From the NCBI GenBank assembly GCA_963778835.1, contig CAVZVY010000009.1, forward strand, positions 361,744-425,743: DNA of 64,000 nucleotides, in the 5' to 3' direction. Under the pieces are notes generated by a model. The model was not told where the DNA came from. It ran no database searches and was given only the letters and a program-made list of their open reading frames with translations. The translations under genes and the position numbers were made by a program. Positions 39,139 through 53,227 of this stretch are shown here, in pieces. Positions within the stretch are counted from its first letter, which is position 1; every line of letters begins with the position of its first letter. This DNA is from an uncultured Alphaproteobacteria bacterium (GTDB lineage Bacteria; Pseudomonadota; Alphaproteobacteria; Rhizobiales; Methylopilaceae).

Positions 39139-39272
39139 GTATCTGCCAACCCCCGGCCTCGGCCGGGAAAATGCCATCGGCGGTTCTTGTCTTCGTTTGA
39201 GCGGTGCGATACTCGCCGACCTTAGGGAAACAATGATTCCCCTTGAGGTTCGTGTTGCCGGGGCCTTAGGAA

Positions 39273-40012
39273 ATGAGCAGCACCGCCAAAGCGCACGAAC
39301 CCACATGGAGGAGATCCTTGCCTCCATCCGCCGGATCATCGCCGATGACGATCCGGGCGAGACGCCGGCTGCTGCCGCTCCTGCACCTGCCGCGAAACCT
39401 GCGCTGAAGGCTGTCGAGGCCGCGCCGCCTCCGCCTCCCGCGCCCGCCGCGCCCGCCGCGGCGGCTGAGGACGACGACATGGCCGGCATGAGCCAGGACG
39501 ACATCGATGCGATGCTCGCGAGCTTCGACGCGCCCGCCGTTGCCCGGAAAGGATCCCGAGCCTGAACCGGCTGAGCGAGGCCGTCGACCCCTGGGACGCG
39601 ATCGCGGGCGAGGAAGAGGACGAGGACGTTCTCGAGCTCACCAAGCCGCTGAAGTGGCCGTTGCCGGAGGCGAGGTCGAATTCCGCGATCCGCCGGCATC
39701 GGCGTCCGACGAAGACGACATGTCGGACTGGGCCGTGCTGCCGGAAGTAAGCGCAGCCTCCGCGCGCCCGCGCTAAGCGCGCCGTCAGGCGAGAGCCTGC
39801 TTGCGGCGGAGACGAGCCGCGCGGTCTCCGCGTCGTTCGGATCGCTCGACCAATACGATTCTTGGCTGCAGAATGCTCGCACACTGGACGATCTCGTTCA
39901 GGAGATGCTGCGGCCGATGCTCAAGGATTGGCTCGATACCAATCTGCCGACCGTGGTCGAGCGCTTCGTCCGGGCCGAAATCGAGCGTGTCTCGCGCGGC
40001 AATCGCCGCTGA
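39273..40012 (+). CDS. popZ: Polar organizing protein PopZ (DUF2497), frameshifted
   Basis: MEEILASIRRII, an acidic Pro-rich linker, DVLELT, and RTLDDLVQEMLRPMLKDWLDTNLPTVVERFVRAEIERV. Confidence 0.9.
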
Positions 40013-40032
40013 CCGTCGGGGTCTGCTGGTCG

Positions 40033-41239
40033 TCAGGCCTTCGGGACTTTCCCAAGGAACAGTGCGAACAGGACACCGAGTAGCGGCAGGCCGATCGCGG
40101 CCGTGACGAAACCGGGTACGGCGCCCCAGGTGTCGAAGGACACACCCGCGAGCGCAACGCCCGTCGTCTGGCCGATATAGAAAGCACGACGAGAACAGCG
40201 CCATCGCTGAGCCACGCGCTTCCGGCGCCCATCTGCGTTGCTTTTGTCTGCAACGTGTTGTGCAGCATCATCCAGCCGAGCCCCATGACAGGCGCGATGA
40301 CGAGAAACGGCGAGGGGCCCGAAAAGGCCGCGCCCAGGAAGCCGGCTCCCAGCAGAAAGCCGCCACCCGAAGCGAGGCCACTCTCGCCCATAGTCCGGAT
40401 GAATAGCGGCGCTACGAGTGAATAGATGACGCCACCTATACCGAATAGCGCGAGAACGAGGCCGACGCGGTCGAGGCCCAGTTCGAACCGGGCGTGCAGA
40501 TAGCTGCCGACGAACGTGAACGCACCGAACAGCAGAAGGCCTTCGAGGAAGATCGACGACAGGACGGCACGCACCATCGGCAGCCGAAACAATCCGAACG
40601 CCTTCCGGTAGGACTGCGAGAAGTGGAGGCGGCGTGCCGGCCGGTCGCAGATCGCGCAGCGGTCCGAGCTCGCGGCGCAGGCCCGCGGCCGCGATCAGGA
40701 AGAAGATCGGCAAGGCCTACGAAGACCGCGCGCCAGCTCAGATATTCCGCAAGGAAGCCGCCCGCTGCCTGCCCGAGGACGAGGCCCAGCGTGTTCGCGA
40801 CGACGAACCGGGCCAGCATGGTCTGGCGTCCCGCGAGCGGCACCGTGTCGCCGATATAGGCGAGCGAGAGCGGGATCAGTCCACCCGCGAAAACGCCGGC
40901 GAGAAAGCGCAGCCCCGTCAGCGCACTGAGCGACGTTGCGAAGATGCAGGCGAAGGTCGCTAGTGAGGCGCCGAGCGTGATGATGGTGACGACAAAGGTC
41001 TTCCCCATCCGGTCGCCGAGCGGGCCGTAGACGAGCTGGAACAGGCCATAGGCAATCGCGTAGGCCGTCACAATATGAGAAGCGCCGCCGATCGATCCGC
41101 CGAATTCGCTGGCGATCGAAGGCAGAAGTGGATCGGCCACGCGCACCGAGGCCGAGCTCGCGAAAGCCGCGGCCGCAAGCCAGAAAATCGTACGGATCGA
41201 CGCTGCGGCAGTTTCGGCGGAGGCGGGAACGGATGTCAT
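40033..41239 (-). CDS. MFS transporter, frameshifted
   Basis: RVADPLLPSIA, YGPLGDRMGK, MLHNTLQT over three frames. Confidence 0.8.
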
Positions 41240-41403
41240 GAAGCTCGTGATTTAACGTCGATCAAGCGCCGCGTCAAATGCGTCTTATTGCGAGAATGAA
41301 CTCCGCCTGCGTTGACACCCTCGTGCCGGTCCGCTTGTAAAGCGCCAAAATCCGACATTCCCTGCCGAGCCTTCGGCCCCCGTAGAAACAATCGCGATAT
41401 TCG

Positions 41404-44145
<2,742 letters not shown>

Positions 44146-44149
<4 letters not shown>

Positions 44150-45018
44150 GCATCGGTTGGCGGGATCGCGCCGTTCGGTTTCTCGCCAGACCACCTTTCG
44201 TCGACATCGAAGGCCGCAAGGGCGCCTTCGAGAGGTTCGCGCGATATCAGCCGCACGCGGTCACATCGATCCGTTATGAGATGCCTTCGCTGCCGGCATC
44301 CGTCAGAGGCGTGTTTCTGTCCGATTTCCATGTCGGATCGCATAGCGGCGACGTCGCACGCCTGGAGGCTATTGCCGAAGAGGTTGCACGCCTCGATCCG
44401 GAGATCGTCCTGCTTGGCGGCGACTACATGAACATGATGCCGTTTGGTGGCGGGCGGGTTCCGCCAACCACGATCGCATCGATTCTGGCGAGTATCCCGG
44501 CACGCTTCGGACGCTTCGCGGTCCTCGGCAACCACGACCGCGAGTATGGCAGCGTGGCCGTGACCGAGGCGCTGCAATCCCGGGGGATCGTGGTGCTGGC
44601 CGATGAAATTCAGCCTGTTGACGTCGGCGGCTCTGTGATTGCCATTGCCGGGATTCACGATGCGAGGCATCGGCGCCCGCCGGCCGTCGAACTGCTCCGA
44701 AATCTGAAGCCGGATACGCCGACGATCGTCATCGCCCATGACCCCGCCTGTTTCGCATTCATGACTGACGGGCCGCATCTGATGTTGGCCGGCCATACCC
44801 ATGGCGGGCAGATCAGGCTGCCGGGAATAGGCGCCGTCGTGAACGCGAGCAGCGCACCCCGTAGTTGGAGCTACGGGTGGGTGCGAAGTGGCGCCCGCAG
44901 CATGTATGTGACCAGCGGCCTGGGGACGAGCGCGCTTCCGATCAGGCTGGGCATCCCGCCCGAATACGTCGTTCTCACCCTTTCCTGCGGTCGTAGCCGG
45001 ATGGGACACGGCGCCTGA
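44146..45018 (+). CDS. Metallophosphoesterase (YkuE/YaeI-like)
   Basis: SDFH, GGD, GNHD, AHDP, GHTHGGQ. Confidence 0.9.
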
Positions 45019-45243
45019 AACCGTCGGGTGCATTTAATCGACTAAAGGTTGTAGTATGAAGAGCTTAGCGTGCTTCATCTGTCTCCTTTTCATCACTTAA
45101 ACCGCTCCTCTGTGGCAAGGCATCGCAAGTCGCTCGCGTTCGGACTCGGTGTCTGCAAAAAGTCCTGAACCGTCGAACGAGACTCGCGTTGGCGGTGACT
45201 TAAAGACGCCGTAAGCGAACTGAGTGCTAAGGACACGGAAAAC

Positions 45244-46239
45244 TTGAAGCGTATCCTGCTGGCAGTGGCTCTCGTTGCCGCGTGTGCGGTAGCGCCTTCC
45301 CTGGCAGCTGCCGGGCTTCGGGTCGTGCCGGAAGGAAATCGGAGCAAGGAGCAGCCCAAGGTGCCGGGTGATTCCGTGCTGCGGACCCAGGCGGGCAAGA
45401 CCACTTTCGACGAGAAGTACGAGAAAGTCATCGACCTTCTGGCGCACGACAAGGACCTGATCGCGAAGATCAAGTCGACCGCCGGGACGTACGGCATCGA
45501 TCCGATCCATATGATCGGCGCCATAGTCGGCGAGCACACCTACAACGTCGACGTCTACGACCGGCTGCAGACCTATTACGTCAAGGCGGTGTCCTACGCC
45601 GGCGACGACAGTTTCCGCTTCGGCTATGGTTCTGAATCCGTTTCCCAGTTCGTGACCCGTCCACAGTTTAAGGGCTGCGCCGATATCACGGATTCCTATA
45701 AGCTCTGGTCGTGCCGCGAAAACGTCTGGGACAAGAGTTTCCGGGGCCGCACCGTCGACGGTACGGCATTCCCGAACAACCGCTTCAGCGCCGTATTCTT
45801 CCAGCCGTTCTTCGCCGGCCAGACCTTCGGCCTCGGGCAGGAAAATCCGCTGACGGCCCTGATGCTGTCGGACATGGTGGCGAAGACCTCGGGCTATCCC
45901 AAGCTCGACGCGAACAAGGCCGCCGATGTCTATGCGGCCATCATGGACCCGGACAAATCACTCGCCCACATGGCGGCGATCATCCGCCGTGCCATCGACG
46001 ATTACAAATCGATCGCCAACGTCGACATCTCGAAAAACCCCGGCATCACCGCCACGCTTTACAATACGGGCGGTTCGGAGGTGCGCGCGGCTGCTCTCGC
46101 CGCGAGGGGCGCGGGCGCGCTGCCGGAAGAGAATTATTACGGCTGGCTCGTCAACGATAAGCTGTCCGAACTGAAGGCCCTGCTGGAAGAGCCCCGGCCG
46201 ACGGCGGCCAACCGGCCGGTCAACCCCCGCAAGGAATAG
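45244..46239 (+). CDS. Secreted DUF1402-family protein
   Basis: Signal peptide; VPEGNR..QP, GAIVGEHTYNVD, FFQPFFAGQTFGLGQ, NPGITATLYN, NYYGW. Confidence 0.75.
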   Translation: MKRILLAVALVAACAVAPSLAAAGLRVVPEGNRSKEQPKVPGDSVLRTQAGKTTFDEKYEKVIDLLAHDKDLIAKIKSTAGTYGIDPIHMIGAIVGEHTYNVDVYDRLQTYYVKAVSYAGDDSFRFGYGSESVSQFVTRPQFKGCADITDSYKLWSCRENVWDKSFRGRTVDGTAFPNNRFSAVFFQPFFAGQTFGLGQENPLTALMLSDMVAKTSGYPKLDANKAADVYAAIMDPDKSLAHMAAIIRRAIDDYKSIANVDISKNPGITATLYNTGGSEVRAAALAARGAGALPEENYYGWLVNDKLSELKALLEEPRPTAANRPVNPRKE

Positions 46240-46263
46240 ATCCGGCCCCGACCCTGGGCGCGG

Positions 46264-46296
46264 AGGCCGTACCGCCCCGGAGCGGTACGGCCTTTT
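46264..46296 (+). terminator. Rho-independent terminator between convergent genes
   Basis: AGGCCGTACCGC-CCCGGA-GCGGTACGGCCT followed by TTT. Confidence 0.8.
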
Positions 46297-46298
46297 GC

Positions 46299-47456
46299 TC
46301 AGTTCGTCGTGTTGCGCGCGGCGACCGCTTGGTCGGCGAAGTCGCTGAAGATGCCGTCGACGCCGATGTCGAAGAAGGCGCGGTATTCGGCGGCCGGATT
46401 GCCTTTATAGGTCGAGGCCAGGCGGCGCGGCTCGCTCCGGAACGTCCAGGTCTGCACGAACAGGCCCGCCGCGTGCGCGTTCTTCACGACGTCGGTCGGC
46501 TTCGCGGCCACCTTGTCGCGCTCGTCCATCTTGCCGTCGGCGTTCAGGTCATCCGGCTTGCCGTCGCCGTTCGCATCGACCGGGATGTTCGGGATGAGGT
46601 AGGCCTTCCACGGCGAAATGCCGTCGGCATAGGTCGCCACTTCCTTCAGCCCCTCGGCGGTCAGCAGGTCGTTGTTGGTTCGCTTGTCACCGGTGACGAC
46701 GAAGTCGTACGGCTTCACGTAGGGCGGCTCGGCGGTGTTCTTGCCCAGCGCGTCGGTCGAGCTGCCGTCGACGAGCTGGACGAGGCGGACATTGGTCTTG
46801 CCGCGCAGATATTTGAGATTCGCCGTCTCGAAGCTCTGGATGATCACCGGCGAGGTCTTCTCGGTCCAGCCCGCCTTCTGCAGCGTCTCGACGAGGCGGT
46901 CCTCGATCGGAAGGCCCATCGCGGTGTGGAAGGTCGGGTGCTTGGTTTCCGGCGCGATGCCGATCGTGCGGCCGGTGCGCTGGCTCTGTTCCTTGGCGAG
47001 GTCGATGACCTCCTGGAAGGTCGGCACGAGGAACTTGCCGTTGAAGCTTTGGTCGCGCTCGGCCAGCGGCTGCTTGGCGCGCAGTGTCTTGATCTCGGCC
47101 AGGGTGAAGTCACTGGCGAACCAGTCCTCGGTCGGGATGCCGTCGATGTTCAGGGTCCGCTTGCGGGCGGCGAATTCCGGACGGTCTGCGACGTCCGTCG
47201 TGCCGCCGAGCATGGGCTCGTGGCGGGCGACGAGGACGCCGTCCTTGGTCACGACGAGGTCGGGCTCGATGAAGTCCGCGCCCATCTCGATCGCCTTGGT
47301 GTAACCCTCGAGAGTGTGGTCGGGGAGGTAGCCCGGCGTGCCGCGATGGGCGATGACGAGCGCGCGCTGGCCGTTCAGCGTCTTCTCCTGGGCAAGGGCA
47401 GGGGCCGTGAAGGCTGCGGCGGCCACCGAGGCCGCGAGAATCGTGCGAAGGATCAT
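46299..47456 (-). CDS. Periplasmic glycerophosphodiester phosphodiesterase (GlpQ-like)
   Basis: Signal peptide; IAHRG, ADFIEPDLV.TKDG, ARHE, ETKHP, IQSFE, VDGIFSD. Confidence 0.92.
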   Translation of the reverse strand: MILRTILAASVAAAAFTAPALAQEKTLNGQRALVIAHRGTPGYLPDHTLEGYTKAIEMGADFIEPDLVVTKDGVLVARHEPMLGGTTDVADRPEFAARKRTLNIDGIPTEDWFASDFTLAEIKTLRAKQPLAERDQSFNGKFLVPTFQEVIDLAKEQSQRTGRTIGIAPETKHPTFHTAMGLPIEDRLVETLQKAGWTEKTSPVIIQSFETANLKYLRGKTNVRLVQLVDGSSTDALGKNTAEPPYVKPYDFVVTGDKRTNNDLLTAEGLKEVATYADGISPWKAYLIPNIPVDANGDGKPDDLNADGKMDERDKVAAKPTDVVKNAHAAGLFVQTWTFRSEPRRLASTYKGNPAAEYRAFFDIGVDGIFSDFADQAVAARNTTN

Positions 47457-47571
47457 GGTCCGATCTCCAAATCGGGATTTCAGCCGGGCGAACCTCTCCC
47501 GATTTGATGACGCGCAGACGACCCCCGTAGGACTTTCGACGGCGGCCCGCCAGGAGCGGTCCGAAAGGGTT

Positions 47572-47589
47572 GAAACAGTCCTGTGACAC
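47572..47589 (-). promoter_or_regulatory. Pho box upstream of the GlpQ-like gene
   Basis: Minus strand GTGTCAC-AGGA-CTGTTTC compared with the consensus CTGTCAT-N4-CTGTCAT; fits a phosphate-scavenging gene. Confidence 0.55.
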
Positions 47590-47793
47590 TTCCGCAACGC
47601 TGTTGCCGAATTGCTTCCAGAAGCCCTTCGTTAAGAGACATTTGCCCCAATTGCGCCATAGAGGAAGACGCATGTCGTGACCAGCTTGAGCGGGGCCAGG
47701 ACGGCCGCTCCTCAGGTAGGCCGCCAAGGCGTAAAACGGTCGTCCAATCAATTGGTTGCGTACGTGTGCTAAAGTAGCGCGCGAAGGACAGAG

Positions 47794-49518
47794 ATGGACG
47801 CCAAGGTTTTTCAGAAGAACAATCTTCCCAGCCGCCATGTGACGGAGGGCCCGACACGCGCTCCGCACCGCTCATACCTCTACGCGATGGGCCTCACCAA
47901 GGAGCAGATTCACCAACCGCTGGTCGGCGTGGCGAGCTGCTGGAACGAGGCCGCCCCCTGCAACATTTCGCTGATGCGCCAGGCGCAGGCCGTCAAGAAG
48001 GGCGTCACCGCCGCCAACGGCACTCCACGCGAGTTCTGCACGATCACGGTCACTGACGGCATCGCGATGGGTCATGAGGGCATGAAGTCCTCGCTGGCGT
48101 CCCGTGAGGTCATCGCTGACTCGGTCGAGCTCACCATGCGCGGCCACTCCTATGACGCGCTGGTCGGCCTCGCCGGCTGCGACAAGTCCCTTCCGGGCAT
48201 GATGATGGCGATGCTTCGCCTCAACGTGCCGTCGATCTTCATCTATGGCGGCTCGATCCTGCCGGGCTCGTTCCGCGGTCAGCCGGTCACGGTCCAGGAT
48301 CTGTTCGAAGCCGTCGGCAAGCATTCGGTCGGCGCGATGTCGGACGAGGATCTCGACGAGCTCGAATCCGTCGCCTGTCCATCGGCCGGCGCTTGCGGCG
48401 CGCAGTTCACCGCCAACACGATGGCGACCGTCTCCGAGGCGATCGGTCTCGCGCTGCCTTACTCGGCCGGCGCTCCGGCTCCCTATGAGATCCGCGATCG
48501 GTTCTGCATGACCGCCGGCGAGCAGATCATGGAACTCGTCGCCCGCAACATCCGTCCGCGCGACATCGTCACCAAGAAGGCGCTGGAAAACGCGGCGACC
48601 GTCGTCGCCGCGACCGGCGGCTCGACCAATGCCGCACTGCATCTCCCGGCCATGGCGCACGAGGTCGGCATCGACTTCGATCTGTTCGACGTCGCCGAGA
48701 TCTTCAAGCGCACGCCCTATATCGCCGACCTGAAGCCAGGTGGCCGCTATGTGGCGAAGGATCTCTTCGAGGTCGGCGGCGTCCCGCTGATCATGAAGAC
48801 GCTCCTCGATCACGGATTCCTGCACGGCGAATGTTTGACAGTTTCCGGCCGTACTATCGCCGAGAACATGAGCAAGGTTCGCTGGAACGATCAGCAGGAT
48901 GTCGTCATGCCCGCGAACAAGCCTATCACGCCCACCGGCGGCGTCGTCGGCCTGTCCGGAAATTTGGCGCCGGACGGCGCGATCGTGAAGGTTGCGGGCC
49001 TGAAAAATCAGAAGTTCTCGGGCCCTGCCCGGTGCTTCGACAACGAGGAAGCCTGCTTCGAGGCCGTCAACAATCGCTCCTACAAAGAGGGCGAAGTCCT
49101 GGTGATCCGGTACGAGGGGCCGAAGGGCGGTCCGGGCATGCGCGAGATGCTGCAGACGACCGCAGCGCTTTACGGACAGGGAATGGGCGACAAGGTGGCT
49201 CTGATCACCGACGGTCGCTTCTCGGGGGCAACCCGCGGCTTCTGCATCGGCCATGTTGGGCCGGAGGCAGCGGTCGGCGGCCCGATCGCCCTGATCCGTG
49301 ACGGCGACATCATCGACATCGACGCGGTCGAAGGCCTCCTCGAAGTCCGGTTGTCGGCGGAGGAATTGGAGGCTCGCAAGGCGCAGTGGACGCCGCGTGA
49401 GACAGGGTTCGGGTCTGGGGCTTTGTGGAAGTTCGCTCAGGGCGTAGGGGCGGCGCGTAATGGCGCCGTCACCCATCCTGGCGCAAAGCATGAGACACGC
49501 TGTTATGCGGATATTTAG
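47794..49518 (+). CDS. ilvD: Dihydroxy-acid dehydratase
   Basis: PCN, TDGIAMG, CDKSLPG, GACGAQFTANTM, TGGSTN, YEGPKGGPGMREM, TDGRFSG, GHVGPEA. Confidence 0.96.
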   Translation: MDAKVFQKNNLPSRHVTEGPTRAPHRSYLYAMGLTKEQIHQPLVGVASCWNEAAPCNISLMRQAQAVKKGVTAANGTPREFCTITVTDGIAMGHEGMKSSLASREVIADSVELTMRGHSYDALVGLAGCDKSLPGMMMAMLRLNVPSIFIYGGSILPGSFRGQPVTVQDLFEAVGKHSVGAMSDEDLDELESVACPSAGACGAQFTANTMATVSEAIGLALPYSAGAPAPYEIRDRFCMTAGEQIMELVARNIRPRDIVTKKALENAATVVAATGGSTNAALHLPAMAHEVGIDFDLFDVAEIFKRTPYIADLKPGGRYVAKDLFEVGGVPLIMKTLLDHGFLHGECLTVSGRTIAENMSKVRWNDQQDVVMPANKPITPTGGVVGLSGNLAPDGAIVKVAGLKNQKFSGPARCFDNEEACFEAVNNRSYKEGEVLVIRYEGPKGGPGMREMLQTTAALYGQGMGDKVALITDGRFSGATRGFCIGHVGPEAAVGGPIALIRDGDIIDIDAVEGLLEVRLSAEELEARKAQWTPRETGFGSGALWKFAQGVGAARNGAVTHPGAKHETRCYADI

Positions 49519-50515
49519 CGCCAGCGCTAAAGCCTCTTTATTCGTGGCCGTCTTCGCGGCCGGCCCGGCGTGGGCTTTCGACGTCGGCCGGTCGAGCGAC
49601 GGAACCCCGCTGCCGTTCGAGAGTGGCTCGAACGACATGGCCCTTGCCTTTGACGGCACGGCCTCGCCCGTTGACACCCCGCCGGCAGCCTCCGCTCCGG
49701 CGGGGTCGGCGGCCGTTACCGGCGCGGATTCGACGGGTGGCCTGTTCGATGCGACCGCGCTCGGAACCGCCGCGTCGTCCGCTCCCGTCGCGGACGGTTC
49801 GCCGCGCGACGCCTTCAACCGTGCCCGCAATGCCTATCGCGCGGGGGATAAGGCCTCGGCGCTGTCGGCTCTGCAGTTCGCGGCGGGGCAGGGGCATGCC
49901 GGCGCTCAGTGGATGCTGGGGCGCATGTATGCCGAGGGCGACGGCGTCAGCCATGACGACCTCAAGGCGTTCGAATATTTCCGTGAGCTCGTGAACAAGG
50001 CCGGCGACGATGCCGCCGACAGTCCGGAAGGCCGCAGCAATGCGCCTTACGTGTCCAATGCGCTGGTCTGGCTGGGCTCGTATTATCTCGAAGGCATTCC
50101 TGGCACGGCGGTGAAGCCGAACCCGCAGGCGGCCGTGCGTCTCTTCACCGACGCCGCCTCGAACTACGGCGACCCGAACGCCCAGTACAATCTCGCCCGC
50201 ATGTATCTCGACGGGAACGGCGTGAAGCGCGATCCGGCCCAGGCGGTGCGCTGGTTGAACCTCGCTGCCCAGAAGAGCCACGGACCCTCGCGGGCGCTGC
50301 TTGGCCACATGATGTTCAAGGGCGAGGTCGTGAAGAAGCAGCCGGCCCGCGGCCTGATGCTGATGATGCTGGCCCGCCAGGCGGCGGAGCAGTCGGGTTC
50401 CTCGGACGCCCAGTGGATCATCGACCTTCACGAGAAGGCTCTGGCCGAAAGCTCCGAGGAAGAGCGCAGTGGCGCCCTCGGGGTACTCGACGGATGGCTG
50501 AAAGCGCGGAACTGA
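49505..50515 (+). CDS. exoR: ExoR-like periplasmic Sel1-repeat regulator
   Basis: Signal peptide; QWMLGRMYAEGDGV..DDLKAF, NALVWLGSYYLEGIPGT.VK, AASNYGDPNAQY; ilvD/xth neighbourhood. Confidence 0.75.
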   Translation: MRIFSASAKASLFVAVFAAGPAWAFDVGRSSDGTPLPFESGSNDMALAFDGTASPVDTPPAASAPAGSAAVTGADSTGGLFDATALGTAASSAPVADGSPRDAFNRARNAYRAGDKASALSALQFAAGQGHAGAQWMLGRMYAEGDGVSHDDLKAFEYFRELVNKAGDDAADSPEGRSNAPYVSNALVWLGSYYLEGIPGTAVKPNPQAAVRLFTDAASNYGDPNAQYNLARMYLDGNGVKRDPAQAVRWLNLAAQKSHGPSRALLGHMMFKGEVVKKQPARGLMLMMLARQAAEQSGSSDAQWIIDLHEKALAESSEEERSGALGVLDGWLKARN

Positions 50516-50557
50516 GTTTCCGTTTAAGGTCCCCGCTTTCAGTCAGGGACCTTTGTC

Positions 50558-51119
50558 TTGCCAGTCACCACGATCGATCCCAAGTCCGCGCTGATCGTCA
50601 TCGATCTGCAAAAGGGCATTCTCGCCTATCCTACCGCGCATCCTTCCGGTGAAGTGCTGAGCCGCGCCAGCGAACTGGCGGAAGCGTTCCGGGCTCGCGG
50701 TCTTCCAGTTGTTCTAGTGAACGTCGCGGGCGGCGCGCCGGGCCGCACCGAGCAGGCGCCGCCAGCGTCGAGGCCGGCGGATTGGGCCGATCTGGCTCCG
50801 GAACTGAACCAGCAGCCAAAAGACCACATCGTCACCAAGCGGACCTGGGGAGCCTTCACCGGCACCGATCTCGGCGAATATCTCGACGAGCGGGGAGTAA
50901 CACAGGTCGTCCTCTGCGGGATCGCCACGAGCATCGGCGTGGAGTTCGACCGCGCGATCAGCTTTCGAGCTCGGTTTCAATGTCACATTGGCCGTCGATG
51001 CCATGACCGACATGAACGCCGACGCTCACGTCAATAGCCTTACTCGGATTTTCCCGCGGCTTGGCGAGACAGGCACTGTCGCGGAGATCGTCGGCCTGCT
51101 GGATCGGCGAAGCGTCTAG
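50558..51119 (+). CDS. Isochorismatase/cysteine hydrolase family protein with a frameshift near 50947
   Basis: ALIVIDLQKGI, KRTWGAF, GIATSIGVE, then DAMTD...IFPRLGE in another frame. Confidence 0.85.
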
Positions 51120-51162
51120 CGCTGTCATGGCGGGACCAGCCCCGCCATGACAAAATGTCTGC

Positions 51163-51915
51163 TCAGTGCAGGCTCGTCGTCGACGTTTTTTTCTTCGCTC
51201 GTCTCGCAAACATGTTCAGAAGCTCGATGCCCGCCGAGAACGCCATCGCGGTGTAGATGTAACCCTTCGAGACATGCGCGCCGAAGCCTTCTGCGATCAA
51301 AGTCGTGCCGATCAGCAGCAGGAAGCCGAGCGCGAGCATGACGATGGTCGGGTTTCGGGCGATGAAGTTCGCCAGCGGATCAGCGGCGAGCAGCATGACG
51401 GCGACCGTGACGACCACCGCGACCACCATGATCGGGATATGCGGCGTCATGCCGACGGCGGTGATGATGCTGTCGACCGAGAAGACGAGATCAAGGACGA
51501 GGATCTGGCCGATTGCGGCGGCGACGCTCGGTGCGGCCGACGCCTTCTCGAACATGTCGCCTTCTTCCGGCGGATCGACGTGGTGATGGATTTCCTTGGT
51601 CGCCTTCCAGACGAGGAAGAGGCCGCCGGCGATCAGGATCATGTCTCGCCACGAGAAGCCATGGCCGAACACTTCGAAGACCGGGGCGGTCAGGCCGACG
51701 ATGATCGCGACTGTTCCGAGGAGGGCAAGCCGGAGCACGACCGCCATGCCGATGCCAAGCCGGCGCGCGGAGCTCCGCTTATCTTCCGGCAGCTTGTTGG
51801 TGAGAATGGAAATGAAGATCAGGTTGTCGATGCCGAGAACGATCTCCATCGCGATCAGTGTCGCTAGAGCTGCCCAAGCTGCGGGATCCGACAGAAGTCC
51901 GATCGCATATTCCAT
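51163..51915 (-). CDS. TerC-family membrane protein
   Basis: [35 protein letters not shown]. Confidence 0.92.
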   Translation of the reverse strand: MEYAIGLLSDPAAWAALATLIAMEIVLGIDNLIFISILTNKLPEDKRSSARRLGIGMAVVLRLALLGTVAIIVGLTAPVFEVFGHGFSWRDMILIAGGLFLVWKATKEIHHHVDPPEEGDMFEKASAAPSVAAAIGQILVLDLVFSVDSIITAVGMTPHIPIMVVAVVVTVAVMLLAADPLANFIARNPTIVMLALGFLLLIGTTLIAEGFGAHVSKGYIYTAMAFSAGIELLNMFARRAKKKTSTTSLH

Positions 51916-52005
51916 CCGGTTTTAACCTCCACTGCGGTGGCAGAGAATTGAATGCGCGGCGAGCGCGCGGCAAGTCGTACCTTTACAGAAAAGTTGTGAC
52001 GCGCA

Positions 52006-52797
52006 TCACCGCGCCTCGATCGCGAACTCGCCGATCACCGGAACATGGTCGGACGGCTTGTCCCAGGCGCGGACATATTTGTCGATGCGCACGGCGCGAA
52101 GCCGGTCGGCCGCCTGCGGCGACAGCAGCAGGTGGTCGATCCGCAATCCCGCATTCCGCTGCCAGGCGCCGGCCTGATAGTCCCAGAACGTATAGAGCCC
52201 GGCTTCGTCGGTCGTGGCTCGCAATGCCTCTGTCAGGCCCAGATTGAGCAGGGCGTCGAAGGCCTGCCGCGTCTCGATCTTGAACAGCGCATCCTCGACC
52301 CAGGCTGCGGGATTGTGGACGTCATCGGCGGCGGGGATGACGTTGTAGTCGCCGGCGAGGATCAGCGGCTCTTCCAGCAGGAGACGCGCCGCGACGTGCT
52401 GGCGAAGCCGCTCCATCCAGGCGAGCTTGTAAGGATATTTCGCGGTGTCGACCGGGTTGCCGTTCGGCAGATAGATCGAGGCGACGCGCATGATGCCGTC
52501 CTTGGTCGAAATCTCGGCCTCGATGTAGCGCGACTGCTCGTCGGTCGAATCGCCGGGCAGGTCCACATGCCGCTCGTCGATCGGATGGCGAGACAGGATC
52601 GCGACCCCGTTCCACGACTTCTGGCCGTGCACCGCGCAGTTATAGCCGGCGTCTTCGAACGCCTCGCGCGGAAACTGCTCGTTCTGGCACTTGATCTCCT
52701 GAAGGCAGAGCACATCCGGCTCCGCCTCCTTTAGCCAGCGTAGGACGTTCTCCTGTCGGAGGCGGACGGAATTGATGTTCCAGGTGGCGATGCGCAT
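52006..52797 (-). CDS. xth: Exodeoxyribonuclease III
   Basis: ATWNINS, LQEIK, NGVAILS, YLPNG, GDYN, YTFWDY, GLRIDH, SDHVP. Confidence 0.95.
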   Translation of the reverse strand: MRIATWNINSVRLRQENVLRWLKEAEPDVLCLQEIKCQNEQFPREAFEDAGYNCAVHGQKSWNGVAILSRHPIDERHVDLPGDSTDEQSRYIEAEISTKDGIMRVASIYLPNGNPVDTAKYPYKLAWMERLRQHVAARLLLEEPLILAGDYNVIPAADDVHNPAAWVEDALFKIETRQAFDALLNLGLTEALRATTDEAGLYTFWDYQAGAWQRNAGLRIDHLLLSPQAADRLRAVRIDKYVRAWDKPSDHVPVIGEFAIEAR

Positions 52798-52841
52798 GGC
52801 GTGTTTGTCGCCGGTTTGCCGCCGAGGGGCAAGCCGCCTAC

Positions 52842-53180
52842 ATGGTGATCAACGCCATGATGAAACGTCTGCTCCTCGCGCCGATCTGGGTCTACCGCAA
52901 CGCGATCTCGCCCGTTATCGGGCCACGCTGTCGCTACGAGCCGACGTGCTCGACCTTCGCTGTTGAGGCGATCGAACGGCACGGCGCATGGGTCGGCGGC
53001 TGGATGACGACGGCGCGGCTCTGCCGCTGCCACCCGCTTGGACCGGCCGGGATCGACCCTGTCCCTGAGCAATTGCCCGTTAACGGACGCTGGTATATGC
53101 CGTGGCGCTACGGGCGCTGGACCGGCCGGCACATGGCCTTCCGCACCGATCGCAGGGCGCAACGCGCCTCCTCCCGATAA
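52842..53180 (+). CDS. yidD: Membrane protein insertion efficiency factor
   Basis: ISP..GPRCRYEPTCS, RLCRCHP, DPVP. Confidence 0.9.
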   Translation: MVINAMMKRLLLAPIWVYRNAISPVIGPRCRYEPTCSTFAVEAIERHGAWVGGWMTTARLCRCHPLGPAGIDPVPEQLPVNGRWYMPWRYGRWTGRHMAFRTDRRAQRASSR

Positions 53181-53227
53181 CCGCTTACCTGCTTGGTTTG
53201 CAGGGCTGAGCGATTGAGGTTCTTTTC

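Noticed and set aside
47872-49830. 652-aa minus-strand ORF, and similar long antisense ORFs such as 929-2101, 2426-3853, 42695-44194 and 53108-54457
   Set aside because: Shadow frames of well-supported genes in GC-rich DNA; no recognisable motifs
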